A stretch of 62,410 nt of DNA from Candidatus Heimdallarchaeota archaeon (GCA_016840095.1 JAEOSZ010000001.1:1-62410), one strand, 5' to 3'; counted from the first letter of the stretch, positions 17,355-28,280 are shown. Numbers and translations are program-made. Notes: generated by a model from the letters alone, not told the origin.

Positions 17355-19340
17355 TTACTTCTTCCTTTTATATCCTATAAAATCGAATTGCCAGAATACG
17401 TAACCATCAGAAGCGGATCTTAGTTCTGAAGCTATTTGAAGAGAAGATTCAACACTGATCTCTCCTTTAATAGATGATCTCGATCCAATACTATCTGTAC
17501 CTTCTATATTACTATTAAACCTCTGAAGAACAATTAAAACAGGCCCTAGATAATGAATAGGAGTGTTAATTGAGAAACGGTAAATGGGTTCAAAGATTCC
17601 AACCTTACCGTTTAACAATGCTTCATGAATTGCGTTTCTAAGTAAAGGAACAATTATTTCATATCTTAATGAATCAAGTGTTAACTCCTGTATATTATGA
17701 ATTATAACGGTAAGTTTTCGAATTGGGTAATTTCTCAATGGACCGCGACGAATGGTATTTTGAAAACCAATTACAAATAAATCGCTAATTTCCTCGGTTG
17801 GAAATTTAACTTCTGTTTTCAAACAGTTATCTCTGTAATCACTGTATACACAATCTTTAGAATCATCTTGTGAAGGCTGACAGGTTATTGTTATTTCAAG
17901 AAGATTTAATTGATCTTTCTTCTGCAATCTTACTTCTTCTTCCATTTGTTCAATCAAAGTTACCTCAGGATTTGAAACTTCAACTGTTATACCAGCTTTC
18001 TCAATTTCTCCAATAATAATTTCAAGTTGAAGCTCACCAATACCGTGAATTTTCATTTCTCCAGAATTTTCATCTGTAGAATAATGGAAATTAGGTTTAA
18101 TCAATGAAAAAATATCTAGGTTCTTTTGCAGTTTTGGAATATCCGAAACTTTTCTAGGTTCTATTCTTTGAGAAATAACAGATTCTTGTAAATATGAAAT
18201 TTGATCGAAAAGTATGTTAGGTGGATTGTCTCTTTCAGCTACTAATGTATCTCCTATTTGTACATCCTTTAAGCCAATAATTACTGCTATATTCCCAGCT
18301 CCTACTGAATCTATTGTTACTAGGGATTGTCCCTTGTAGATGCAGACTTGTTGAACTCTAGATGTATTTCCAGTTCTTCTGTTTCGTATTATTGAACCAG
18401 ACTTTACTGAGCCAGAAAAGATTCTTATAACTGAAATTATACCTCTATTGTCTTCATAAAGCATTTTTCCTAAACAGGAAATTAGAGGACCATCGTTCTT
18501 ACATTCTTGTATGGCTTGGTGTGAACTCTCATCCATAAATTGTGTTATATGTTTGATTCGTTTTGATTGAGCTTCTAAGGGACTAGGAACATTTTCAATT
18601 ATAGATGTTAGAAATGCATTAACAATCGGATAGTCGTTTCTTAGCTGTTGAATATTATCTTCTTCATGAAATTCAATAATCTGATCAAATTGTGGTATAA
18701 CTTTTGAATAAGAAGAAATAGCCCAACCGTTTAAAGCAGACCCCATAATTACAGTTCCTTTATCAAACCTTACTTTCCATTCTTTACTGCTAGAGCTGTT
18801 ATCGTATTGATCAATAAGCTCGTTAACCATTTGGATAATGTTGTTGATTCTTGTTTCAATTTCTTCCTTAGGCAGTTTAAGTTCATTTATCAATCGATCT
18901 ACTTTATTAATGAAGAGAATAGGTCTAAGACACTCATTCATCGATTGTCTGATAACAGATTCGGTTTGAGCCATTATTTGTTCAACAGCATCTACAACAA
19001 TAATTACTCCGTCAACCAATCTCAAAGCTTGTGAAACCATGCCTGAAAAATCAACATGCCCAGGAGTATCAACTAGATTTATCAAATAAGGTTCTTTTTC
19101 TTGCTCAAAAATAAATGAGATATTTGCTGTCTTTATAGTAATGCCACGTTTTTGCTCTTCTTCTAAGTAATCTAGAGCTCTAGCACTGCCAGCCATTGTC
19201 TTCGAAATTAAGCCACCTGCTTGTAGTAAATGATCTGAAAGAGTGGTTTTTCCATGGTCTACATGACTAACAACGCTGACATTGCGTATATTATGCTTGT
19301 TTTCCATTGAAGAAGACACTTTATCGATATATGAACTCAT
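17355..19340 (-). CDS. Elongation factor 2 paralog (aEF-2p type)
   Basis: HVDHGKTT, RGITIK, DTPGHVDF, NKVD. Domain IV lacks the HRG diphthamide motif. Shorter (661 aa). Confidence 0.88.
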   Translation of the reverse strand: MSSYIDKVSSSMENKHNIRNVSVVSHVDHGKTTLSDHLLQAGGLISKTMAGSARALDYLEEEQKRGITIKTANISFIFEQEKEPYLINLVDTPGHVDFSGMVSQALRLVDGVIIVVDAVEQIMAQTESVIRQSMNECLRPILFINKVDRLINELKLPKEEIETRINNIIQMVNELIDQYDNSSSSKEWKVRFDKGTVIMGSALNGWAISSYSKVIPQFDQIIEFHEEDNIQQLRNDYPIVNAFLTSIIENVPSPLEAQSKRIKHITQFMDESSHQAIQECKNDGPLISCLGKMLYEDNRGIISVIRIFSGSVKSGSIIRNRRTGNTSRVQQVCIYKGQSLVTIDSVGAGNIAVIIGLKDVQIGDTLVAERDNPPNILFDQISYLQESVISQRIEPRKVSDIPKLQKNLDIFSLIKPNFHYSTDENSGEMKIHGIGELQLEIIIGEIEKAGITVEVSNPEVTLIEQMEEEVRLQKKDQLNLLEITITCQPSQDDSKDCVYSDYRDNCLKTEVKFPTEEISDLFVIGFQNTIRRGPLRNYPIRKLTVIIHNIQELTLDSLRYEIIVPLLRNAIHEALLNGKVGIFEPIYRFSINTPIHYLGPVLIVLQRFNSNIEGTDSIGSRSSIKGEISVESSLQIASELRSASDGYVFWQFDFIGYKRKK

Positions 19341-19477
19341 ACTCGAGTTTGTTGTACATTTGTAGGTTTAAAGATTTATCTTAAGTAATTAAAATTCAAC
19401 TTCCGTTAAGGTTTTAAATTTAAAATATATTATTTATACAACGATTAACTAAATTCCACAATAACGGGGTTAAATAT

Positions 19478-19876
19478 ATGTATGAAACTAAAATTCCTGG
19501 AACACGATATACTATCGCTTTAGCAAATGTTAAAGGTCAGTGGTACATCCAGATAAAACTAGATGGAATTGTTGAAGCAGATGCAATAGTTAAGGAACTC
19601 TCTGAATTAAGTATTCTTGAGAATATCAAAGCTGTTGTGGCTGAAGTAAATTTATACTTGAATGATTTTATTATCGATCAAATAACAAAGGAAATTACAG
19701 CTGAAGCACAAATTTTGTTAAAAGAAGTAGCTGCTACAGCTGCAACTGTTTCTACTAAAGCTGTAAGTTCAGAAATGTCTGCAGTTGAAGAGACATTGAT
19801 TCAAATTGTTAGAAGGATTGAAACCTTAGAGGAAAGGATTCAACGTTTAGAAGATAGACTTCAACACAGTACTTAG
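19478..19876 (+). CDS. Hypothetical protein with C-terminal coiled coil
   Basis: 132-aa ORF with a TATA-like box upstream; no recognised family. Confidence 0.65.
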   Translation: MYETKIPGTRYTIALANVKGQWYIQIKLDGIVEADAIVKELSELSILENIKAVVAEVNLYLNDFIIDQITKEITAEAQILLKEVAATAATVSTKAVSSEMSAVEETLIQIVRRIETLEERIQRLEDRLQHST

Positions 19877-19982
19877 ATGGATTCGTCACGTGTAAATCCT
19901 CTAGTAATTTTCCCTTTTTAATTTCTTACTAAAAACGAAATCTTCTTAAAACCAACTAAACTTTTTAACAAAAGGTGAAACG

Positions 19983-20297
19983 ATGGCTCAACGAGCTAGA
20001 ATCAAATTAATCAGCAATGACCCTCAATCATTACAAAAAATCTGTAATCAGATAGCAAAGATTGCAGAGAGAACAGGAGTACGTATTAGAGGACCAATTC
20101 CTTTGCCTTCTAAGAGAATTGTATTACCTGTTAGAAAGTCTCCATGTGGTAATGGTACCGCTACTTTTGATCATCTAGAGATGAAACTTCACAAAAGAAT
20201 TATTGACATGGATGCAGAAGAAAAAAGTATGAGATTACTAATGAGAATCCATGTTCCAGAAGATGTTCATATTGAAATAGCCATTGAAAGAAAATAA
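19983..20297 (+). CDS. rps10: 30S ribosomal protein uS10
   Basis: RARIKL, GPIPLP, RKSPCGNG, HKRIID. Confidence 0.97.
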   Translation: MAQRARIKLISNDPQSLQKICNQIAKIAERTGVRIRGPIPLPSKRIVLPVRKSPCGNGTATFDHLEMKLHKRIIDMDAEEKSMRLLMRIHVPEDVHIEIAIERK

Positions 20298-20319
20298 TTC
20301 CTTATTTGCTATTTTCAAA

Positions 20320-21282
20320 TCATTCTTCATTTTTCACTACATTTTGACGCGAATATACAGGATAATGATATTTTAGAATTGTGACCAACTCTTCTGGGTT
20401 ACTTGATGTTTCTTCACTACTGATTATATTTCGAAGAAACGTTAACATTGTATCAAAATACTCATTTATATCTGAATGAGGAATAAGGATGTTGTAAGGA
20501 GATTTAACACTTCCATTTAGAATTTTATCAAGTAAAACTTCTTTTAATTCAGTAAGTAGCGATTTGGAAATCTTCTTTCCCATATTTATGAAAGTATTTT
20601 TGAAAGAATTATGAATGTTCTCGATGTGTTGTATTTGGTTAGTGATAATGTGATTAAATGCTGTAAATGCTTCTAGATTGTCTTTCTCAATTTCAGTAAT
20701 CATGTTGAGAAAATGATTCTTGGGTAGACTTTCAATATTATTTACTTCAAATGCTTGGTATGTTCCAGATCCTTGAAGCTTTACAATTTTTCCAAAAAAC
20801 ATTTCATGAAATTTCTTTGAATTGAATTCAAAGTTACTAGAATTCGATTTAATTTTAATTTCCTGATTAGTGTGAGACGGTAAAAATAATTCAAAAATAA
20901 GTACAGTTGTTTCATCTCGTTGTTCTATACTAGTGATTTTTCCTGTAATTATAATGTTCTGTTTTGTGTAACTTTGAAGTAGATTCATATCAATTTCTGT
21001 TTTAATATTACCAAATTTTCCATCTGAAACCACTAATTCACCTTGCTTGCTCTCAAAACAATATCCGTTATTTATTGTTAGTTTTAATCCTACAAGTATA
21101 TTATTAGAAAAAGAACTAGAATCTTTAAGTCTGTAATTAAATATACCAAATTTGGTGCTCAATTTACCATTTGTGCCCCATTGACTTATTTTAACTGAAA
21201 GAATTTCACCTTCTAAGAAAGTAATAGTCTTCCCAGGTTTAGGAGGATCTATATTCTTTTGATCACTAGCATTATGCATCAT
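20320..21282 (-). CDS. Hypothetical protein with probable N-terminal OB fold(s)
   Basis: GLKLTINNGY...GELVVSDGKFGNI resembles SSB/RPA OB-fold strands. Confidence 0.5.
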   Translation of the reverse strand: MMHNASDQKNIDPPKPGKTITFLEGEILSVKISQWGTNGKLSTKFGIFNYRLKDSSSFSNNILVGLKLTINNGYCFESKQGELVVSDGKFGNIKTEIDMNLLQSYTKQNIIITGKITSIEQRDETTVLIFELFLPSHTNQEIKIKSNSSNFEFNSKKFHEMFFGKIVKLQGSGTYQAFEVNNIESLPKNHFLNMITEIEKDNLEAFTAFNHIITNQIQHIENIHNSFKNTFINMGKKISKSLLTELKEVLLDKILNGSVKSPYNILIPHSDINEYFDTMLTFLRNIISSEETSSNPEELVTILKYHYPVYSRQNVVKNEE

Positions 21283-21314
21283 AAGAATATCTATAATATA
21301 CTATAAAAACTCGA

Positions 21315-22889
21315 TTACAACTCTCGAAAGTTCTTTTCTTCGAAAGGAATCTCTTTGCTATTCAGTACCTTTCTAATGTTATTACTTAGCATTGTAGAGT
21401 TTTCCCAAGTATCTAAAGGACATAATACTATCTCTTGATATTGGAATTTTTCTAGAAAGTTTCTAATTTCAGATTCTAGATTACTAAGCAAACCTTCAGA
21501 AATAACAGCTGAAAAAACATATTGACTAAATGGAAAGGTTTCAATTAATTCTAAGGGTAAAATACCAAAGAAGGGTATAAGAAAAGCAAAATCCATCTTA
21601 TCTGTTCTTGTCTTTATAGATTCATGTAATTCACTTCTAAGGTTTAGTATTTCAACAGGATTATTTCTTCCGGAGGAAATGAGAATGACTAATTTAGAAT
21701 TGTTAGGAATATATCTGTCATAAATCCTTTTTCTACCTCTAGAATACTCAGGTCGGTGAAAAGAATCTTCTCCAGAAACTTTGAGTCCTGTTTGTTTAGT
21801 AATTGGAGTACCGTATTCAAGAAATTCAGTAAACGAACCATTTGTAAGAAGTTTAAATGCTTTATATAGAGAAGGATGAGCCCTAGATCTATTAATTAAT
21901 AACTCCCATAAATTTCCATCCTTAATACTAACCCTAATTTTTTTCAGTTCAGCATGAGAAACATAGAGGTTATGAAGCGCTATATTTCTGATTCTGGAGT
22001 CTTCATCTGCTTCTAGAATTTCTTTTGGTGTCCAATTGGAACAAACCTCACAAGAACAAGGGAGCTCAAATAAATCTTGTAGATGATATGTTCCATCACT
22101 AGTCATGTACCGATTCTCTTTTGCGTATAAGATATAGGCTGCACTGTCAAATGTATCACTACCAAGTGCAACAACAAACGGGAAGATCATTGGATGACCA
22201 GCACCAAACAAATGAAAAGGAATATTATGCGGTAGCAGTTCTCTGGAAGTCTTAATCATAGAAAATAATGATAAAAAGTCATATTGTGACATAACAGGTG
22301 CAACACTACCAAGAGCATGAAATTTGAAATGGGGTAGATATTCTTTTTGTTTCACTTCATCTAGATAGTATTCAATTAGTTTGATGTTTTTTCCCCCTTG
22401 TATGGGAAGAGTCCAGATAGTTTCAGGATGTGTTTCAATGTGAGGTAAAGATACTCCAATTCTTCTTACAGTTTCTTCAACCTTCTCCTTTGCTTGCGTG
22501 TAAGTATCTATTGGTGGGGTGGGAACATCCAGAATGACGCCAACATCAGCTTTCAAGTTAGATTGAATTTGGAGAGATTGTACAGGATCTATATCTACAT
22601 CTCCATAAACTAGGACTTGATAAGCGCCACTGTCCATCATAATATTGCCATCAAACTTCAATGTTTCATGGATAGAGATAGTATTATCTGGCATTCCATA
22701 TCGTTTATAGTAAAGATAAGCACTAGTTATTACAAAATTGAAATCAAACTTGTCTTTCATCTCCCGTGGAGTGATAAGATTGTTTCTAGGATCTATGACT
22801 GGCAGAAGAGTAGGAGTAATTACCTCTCCTTTAGGTAAATTGATTTTACCAAGTCTTCCATGCAAATCTGAGGCGATTATTTCATCCAT
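21315..22889 (-). CDS. tgtA: Archaeosine tRNA-guanine transglycosylase
   Basis: GRLG, TPTLLPV, MDSGAYQ, HLFGAGHP, DTFDSAAY, CSCEVC, LHNL. Confidence 0.95.
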   Translation of the reverse strand: MDEIIASDLHGRLGKINLPKGEVITPTLLPVIDPRNNLITPREMKDKFDFNFVITSAYLYYKRYGMPDNTISIHETLKFDGNIMMDSGAYQVLVYGDVDIDPVQSLQIQSNLKADVGVILDVPTPPIDTYTQAKEKVEETVRRIGVSLPHIETHPETIWTLPIQGGKNIKLIEYYLDEVKQKEYLPHFKFHALGSVAPVMSQYDFLSLFSMIKTSRELLPHNIPFHLFGAGHPMIFPFVVALGSDTFDSAAYILYAKENRYMTSDGTYHLQDLFELPCSCEVCSNWTPKEILEADEDSRIRNIALHNLYVSHAELKKIRVSIKDGNLWELLINRSRAHPSLYKAFKLLTNGSFTEFLEYGTPITKQTGLKVSGEDSFHRPEYSRGRKRIYDRYIPNNSKLVILISSGRNNPVEILNLRSELHESIKTRTDKMDFAFLIPFFGILPLELIETFPFSQYVFSAVISEGLLSNLESEIRNFLEKFQYQEIVLCPLDTWENSTMLSNNIRKVLNSKEIPFEEKNFREL

Positions 22890-22944
22890 ATGTCATTCCT
22901 TCCGTCCTCTAAAAAAGAAAAAAAGAGCGATTGTAAACCTCGCT

Positions 22945-23373
22945 TTATTCTTTTTCGGCTTTGTATTTATCGTAGATTTTTTGGATTCTCTCTGAAATTG
23001 GTCCAGATCCTTTCACACCATCTTCACTAACAGTAAATCTGTCAAAAACTTGAATGATAGCTGCTTCTTCAATAATCTTAACATTTTGTGGTTGAAACAT
23101 TTGAGAAAGTTCGCTTGCTAATCCAGACAAGTCGAATGGTTCTTCAGCTAAAGTTATTTCAACAATGTTAGAACCAGTAATGAAAACTCTAAAGTAGCTT
23201 TCATCACCACAATTTGCATCTGCTAAAACCACATTAAGAGAATTATCCTGTACTCCACGCATTACTCCAGTATATATTTTCTCATTATTTAGAGAGATTT
23301 TTACTCTTTTGTTAACAAGGCCACTAAGTTCTAGTAGGAACTCACGATTAGGGTTTGCTGGCATAATTATCAA
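22945..23373 (-). CDS. Lsm/Sm protein with C-terminal extension (SmAP3-like)
   Basis: Sm1 (YTGVMRGVQDNSLNVVLADA) and Sm2 (VFITGSNI) plus ~65-aa C-domain. Confidence 0.85.
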   Translation of the reverse strand: MIIMPANPNREFLLELSGLVNKRVKISLNNEKIYTGVMRGVQDNSLNVVLADANCGDESYFRVFITGSNIVEITLAEEPFDLSGLASELSQMFQPQNVKIIEEAAIIQVFDRFTVSEDGVKGSGPISERIQKIYDKYKAEKE

Positions 23374-23424
23374 AGCAAGCTCAATCTATTTATAAAAAAA
23401 TGTTATGATAACAGTTAAGGATTT

Positions 23425-25449
23425 TTATGTAAAGATATGAGGTAAATCTTTTTCACTAAGTGTTTGCTTTATGGTTCCTTTTACCTTCTTATGAACAATT
23501 GTGACAATTGGACATGCTTCTGCGCATAAATTACACTTAGTACATTTTGTTTTATCGACAAAGATGACATTATTGTCTATTGATATTGCTTTTAGTTTAC
23601 ATTTTCCAACACATAGTTTACAATTTATACATTCTGTAGCTCGTAGAATAGTATGTATGAAATTATCAATTACATTATGGACAATATTTTTTGTGAGATT
23701 ATCCTGTTTTTTGAAACTAATTTTGAATGAACCATCATGATAAAGGATGATTGAAAATCTCTTGCTGGTTACTCGGATGAAGTTTAATTTATGATTGAGT
23801 TTCACTTTTCCTACCATTAATAGTGCACTAGAAACTGTGTCTAGATGTATTCCATTCGAAAAACTACCGATAACTGTAACTGGATTTGTAATACAGTCGC
23901 TAGCCTCTATTTCAAGAAATGATAACTCATTACTTTCAGATGAAGACTTAAAATCTTTAAGATCTAAAGAAAGAACATTAGAGATTTTCTTTGGAATTTG
24001 TTTAAATCTCCATAATCCGTGTTTCCAAAAGCCCTCTGGTAGATTTTTTTTCTTTCTCCACTCTTCAACTGCTGTGTAGAGCTTTGAGTAAAGCTTGGGG
24101 TGATTGTTTTCCAGAATCTTAAATTGTGCCATATCAGAAGAAGGGCAAACCCAGCACCCTATTCTTTCATATCCCTTTTCATAAAGAGGATTGTACGGTA
24201 ATTCTTTCCAAAGAATATACATCCAAATCATAAGAGCATTCCAATTTTGAATGGGGGAAACATTGATCTGGTTTGGAACATATTGATTTTGCCAAATATC
24301 TGAAATAGCTCGTTTGAAAGATTCATATCTTCTTTGACCTACAAAACTAATACATTGTCCTCCATCATACAATTTATCTATGGCTCTTTGGATAGGTGCT
24401 AGCTTAGCAAACTTACAACAATGACGAAAATCTCTTCCAGGTGGTCCAAATTTTTCAAAAGCATCCCAGAAAACTTTAGATGATACTCTTTCTACAATTA
24501 GTTTATCATTAAATCCTAATTTCTTACTGCTTTCCTCCACATAGTTTACTGTTTCAGGAAACTCTATACCTGTATCAACAAATAAAACATCAAAATTCAT
24601 ATCAGGTAAAGCTTGCATGACTAGAGACAAAGTTACCAAACTATCCTTACCCCCACTATAAGAAACCATAACGGGTAGTTCTAGATCTTCTATGATTTTG
24701 TGTATGAAAGATGTAGCTTTTTTCTCTAGACGAGTTAATTCTTTTGAATTCCACTCTACTATATCTTTCCATGATCGTTTCGTATGTTGCTCCTCAACAT
24801 ACTCATCAGCAGTTTGGTAGGTTTTTGCATAAATTCCTTTCTTCTTTTCTCTCCTTTCTGAGTCATCTATTCTTGCTATTCCACCTGCGATTATCTTATG
24901 ATTCTTATCAATAATAGCAATATAGTCACCTACTTTGATGCTTTCATCGGCATCAACAATCCCTGGAATTAAAACACTAGCACCTTTGATGATGTGGTCT
25001 ATAGCTCCATCATCAATCATGACCCATTTCCTTATTTCTTTACCGTTCAACAAAGATAATCCGTGACCATTGAGTTTGAGTATCCAGTCGTTGGATGTGA
25101 TATCGTACCTTCTTGTTCCAATGCTCTTTCCATAAAGAATAATCTCATCCATGTGATCTTCAGACCCAATATGATTGAGCAGTAAAATGTCTTCTTTATG
25201 TATTATATATGTATTATTACCAAATGTGGTTTTGACTAAATCAATGATTTCAGCTATCTCATATGACGTTCCCGGTCTAACATCATAAGGAGGTGTAAGA
25301 GCTACTAAATTTAATCTTTTCTCACATATCGGACAATTGTTAGAACTGATAAGAGGTAAGGAACAATCATCACAATAGTACAAAAGATTTGGTCCAAGAT
25401 AGGGGATGTTTTTCTTCTTTTTCTTTTTATTAGGTTGGATTGCTTCCAC
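23425..25449 (-). CDS. PAPS reductase-family protein with Zn ribbon, PUA and 4Fe-4S domains
   Basis: DDGA...PGIV (PUA), SYSGGKDS, HCCKFAK, RIGCWVCP, two CxxCxxCxxxC. Confidence 0.9.
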   Translation of the reverse strand: MEAIQPNKKKKKKNIPYLGPNLLYYCDDCSLPLISSNNCPICEKRLNLVALTPPYDVRPGTSYEIAEIIDLVKTTFGNNTYIIHKEDILLLNHIGSEDHMDEIILYGKSIGTRRYDITSNDWILKLNGHGLSLLNGKEIRKWVMIDDGAIDHIIKGASVLIPGIVDADESIKVGDYIAIIDKNHKIIAGGIARIDDSERREKKKGIYAKTYQTADEYVEEQHTKRSWKDIVEWNSKELTRLEKKATSFIHKIIEDLELPVMVSYSGGKDSLVTLSLVMQALPDMNFDVLFVDTGIEFPETVNYVEESSKKLGFNDKLIVERVSSKVFWDAFEKFGPPGRDFRHCCKFAKLAPIQRAIDKLYDGGQCISFVGQRRYESFKRAISDIWQNQYVPNQINVSPIQNWNALMIWMYILWKELPYNPLYEKGYERIGCWVCPSSDMAQFKILENNHPKLYSKLYTAVEEWRKKKNLPEGFWKHGLWRFKQIPKKISNVLSLDLKDFKSSSESNELSFLEIEASDCITNPVTVIGSFSNGIHLDTVSSALLMVGKVKLNHKLNFIRVTSKRFSIILYHDGSFKISFKKQDNLTKNIVHNVIDNFIHTILRATECINCKLCVGKCKLKAISIDNNVIFVDKTKCTKCNLCAEACPIVTIVHKKVKGTIKQTLSEKDLPHIFT

Positions 25450-25453
25450 CCAC

Positions 25454-26518
25454 CTATACTTCTCTAAGTAGCTTCATCAAAATTCTTGGTATTTGATGAT
25501 GACTTGAAACTTCTGCATATTTCCCTCCACCAAGTCTGGCTAGATCTTTGCAGACTCTTCTTCCCCAATCATGTTTACTTGGAAGTGAAATTACATGCAA
25601 TCGTGGGAAGTATTTCAACAATGGACGTGGATCACCACCCCTATTGAATGCACCATCTGTTACAAGAACACCAAATTTATTTCTCTTTTTGATTTTATCA
25701 AGTTCCAGTCCACCAAATCTCATTCCCTCAGCTATGTTGGTATAACCTGCGCTTTCACTTTCTAGAATTCTGTTAATGAGTTCATCAGATTTTACTCTTT
25801 CTTTCATACGTTTAATTGTATATGCTTGAGTGTTGAAAAGAACAACACTGAAGTTATCTCTAGAAAGATTATGAGCCATAACAGCCACAGTTAAAGCTGC
25901 GGTTGTAAATCGTTCTCCATATAATGATCCTGAAGTGTCAAACATTAGAACAGCTGTCTTCATTCGCTCTTTTCTTTCCAAACTAACAATATCTTCGGTA
26001 TTGAGTATTCGACTTCTATTTTGTAGAAAACGTTCAAGTGTTTCATCAATATCAAATTCATCAAGCCCAACTTCATATTCAGTTTGTTCAAACACCTCTC
26101 CTCTGATTCCTTGACTAGTAATTCCAAAAGCAGTGTTCATAATTACTTGTCTAGCTAACCTGCGAAAAACTGGTCTAGTTCTTTCATCCAGTGCGGATCT
26201 TAACATGAAGAATAATTCAGGAGCGCTATTATCACCTTTAGCTGCACGTCTAGCAACCATAGTATATCCGTTCTTAGAATTAAGTGCTTCAGCAACAGCA
26301 AACTTGTTTGAAACTGCTAAACCTTGAATAGCTGGCATGTTGTCTACATCAATTGCCAATTCTGTTTGCTTTTTGATTTCATAGTAACTCATTCCCTCTG
26401 CAAGACTCGAATAAACTGAAGGGTTTCTCTTTCCAGAAACAATTTCAGCCTCTAGTAATCTGTTTTTATCCATCTTACCTCTAAAGACAAAAGGACGCTG
26501 TACGTCATCCTTATACAA
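25454..26518 (-). CDS. vWA-domain protein
   Basis: MIDAS DTSGS, GYTNI, VTDG. Confidence 0.88.
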   Translation of the reverse strand: MYKDDVQRPFVFRGKMDKNRLLEAEIVSGKRNPSVYSSLAEGMSYYEIKKQTELAIDVDNMPAIQGLAVSNKFAVAEALNSKNGYTMVARRAAKGDNSAPELFFMLRSALDERTRPVFRRLARQVIMNTAFGITSQGIRGEVFEQTEYEVGLDEFDIDETLERFLQNRSRILNTEDIVSLERKERMKTAVLMFDTSGSLYGERFTTAALTVAVMAHNLSRDNFSVVLFNTQAYTIKRMKERVKSDELINRILESESAGYTNIAEGMRFGGLELDKIKKRNKFGVLVTDGAFNRGGDPRPLLKYFPRLHVISLPSKHDWGRRVCKDLARLGGGKYAEVSSHHQIPRILMKLLREV

Positions 26519-26532
26519 ATCTCCTCCCTCTT

Positions 26533-27414
26533 CTAGAAAAAATCCAAATCTTTGAAGGTACTTTGAACGATGTCTTTCACGACATCTTCTATTTGGTTTT
26601 CTACTCCATCTTCCAATTCTATTTTGGTTGCTAGTGCCATAATGGAACCATCAATCCAAGATTCAATATCATTAGATTCAAGGAAACGAATAATTGAAGC
26701 TAAGTCAATTGCACCTCTGATTGAAGCTCCCCTTCTTAAATCAGGCCAATCCCTTGTTTGTCTAACAATTTTTACAGCTATCTTTATGATTTTCTCGTCT
26801 TTGATACCTGTTCTAACTCTAACAATGTTTACCTCCTCTTCCTCAGGTTGGTATTGCAGTCTTATCCAAACAAACCTATCTCTCAGAGCTTCACTCAAAG
26901 GTGTTGTTGCAACAAGTTCTGCAGGATTCATCGCACTAATAATGAAAAAGCCTTCTTTTGCTTTAACATCACCCAGTTTTGGAATAATAATAATACCTTC
27001 GTCCATAGCTGCAAGGAGAACATTTTGAGTGCCTTCAGGCATCCTGTTTAATTCATTAAGAAAAAGGATAGCTCCTTGTTTCATAGCTTTTGTCAATGGA
27101 CCTGTAACAAAAGAATCCCATGAATAACCCTGTTCAATTACCATTGGAGGATCAAAATGACCAACAAGTTTAGCTGAACTATATCTTTCATCACCATCAA
27201 CTCTTTCCAGATTTTGTGTAAAATAAGATGCCATTGCATGTGCGAGGGTTGTTTTTCCCACACCAACATCTCCCTCTAGCAAAATATGACGGTTTGCTAG
27301 TTTAGCAGCTAAACATTTACGGAGTTCACTAGTTCTCCCAACAATGTTATATTGCTCTTGGATTTCATCAATCATTTCATCAATTGTCTTATCTTGCATT
27401 ACAACGCCTTCCAT
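26533..27414 (-). CDS. MoxR-family AAA+ ATPase
   Basis: LEGDVGVGKT, FLNELNR, AMNP, ALRDRF, GASIR. Confidence 0.92.
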   Translation of the reverse strand: MEGVVMQDKTIDEMIDEIQEQYNIVGRTSELRKCLAAKLANRHILLEGDVGVGKTTLAHAMASYFTQNLERVDGDERYSSAKLVGHFDPPMVIEQGYSWDSFVTGPLTKAMKQGAILFLNELNRMPEGTQNVLLAAMDEGIIIIPKLGDVKAKEGFFIISAMNPAELVATTPLSEALRDRFVWIRLQYQPEEEEVNIVRVRTGIKDEKIIKIAVKIVRQTRDWPDLRRGASIRGAIDLASIIRFLESNDIESWIDGSIMALATKIELEDGVENQIEDVVKDIVQSTFKDLDFF

Positions 27415-27522
27415 CGATTCTCTATCCTCTTGACAATTTTCTTATAAACATCGAACGATAGTTTTATACTACGAAGTTTTAAATACTTTTAGATATTTGG
27501 GTAATGCAAATTTGATATTTTC

Positions 27523-28134
27523 TCAAACATAGGTCTCTCTTGATGCTATCAGAATAGCTGATGTAATGTTCTTGCTAAGTTTTTTCTCTGAAGAGCTTAA
27601 TCTTGTTTTAGATGTAAAATCTTCTTTAACTATATGAATTGGGACCTTTTCATAAAAAATTTCATTCAACCTATGAACGATCTCATTCTTGATTACTCCT
27701 CCTCCAGCTCCAATTTTTATTACTAAATTATCAGTTTCAATGTTAAAAAAAGTTGAAATCACTTCTTTAACAGTATCAACTGCAGTGTAGATTTCCTGTA
27801 CATTTATGACTGTATTTTTATCCGCAACTACTGCATATCCTATAGTTTTTCCAGGATCTATTCCTATGATTACTTCTTCGAAATTGTCTATACCTGAAGC
27901 TAGTTGAAGGATGTTTGAGAATAAGTAATAACGATTAAATGCTTTTGGTATGAATTTCTTATCCCATTCAAGTAATCTCTTTTCTGGTTCAGTTGTGACT
28001 ACAACATCTGTACTATCTGGAATGGTTTCATCAGGTAAGATGTGTTCTGTTTTAATCTCGTCTATAGTGTCTAGAATTTCATTAAGTTTATACAAAAACC
28101 TAAAATTCTTAGTTGCAATAATTACGTTAATCAC
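27523..28134 (-). CDS. RNase H-fold (YqgF-like) domain protein
   Basis: IIGIDPGKTIGYAVV ... VKEDFTS ... SAILIA. Confidence 0.7.
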   Translation of the reverse strand: MINVIIATKNFRFLYKLNEILDTIDEIKTEHILPDETIPDSTDVVVTTEPEKRLLEWDKKFIPKAFNRYYLFSNILQLASGIDNFEEVIIGIDPGKTIGYAVVADKNTVINVQEIYTAVDTVKEVISTFFNIETDNLVIKIGAGGGVIKNEIVHRLNEIFYEKVPIHIVKEDFTSKTRLSSSEKKLSKNITSAILIASRETYV

Positions 28135-28280
28135 ATCATAACAAACTGCTCATATTAATAAAGCTTTATCACTAAAGTTTACAAAAAGGGAAATGTTTAA
28201 ACAACTATAAATTAAGATATCTCCGAAACCTTCCTAGCATTACTTTACTTTATTAACAAAAGATCATAATCATACTAGAA

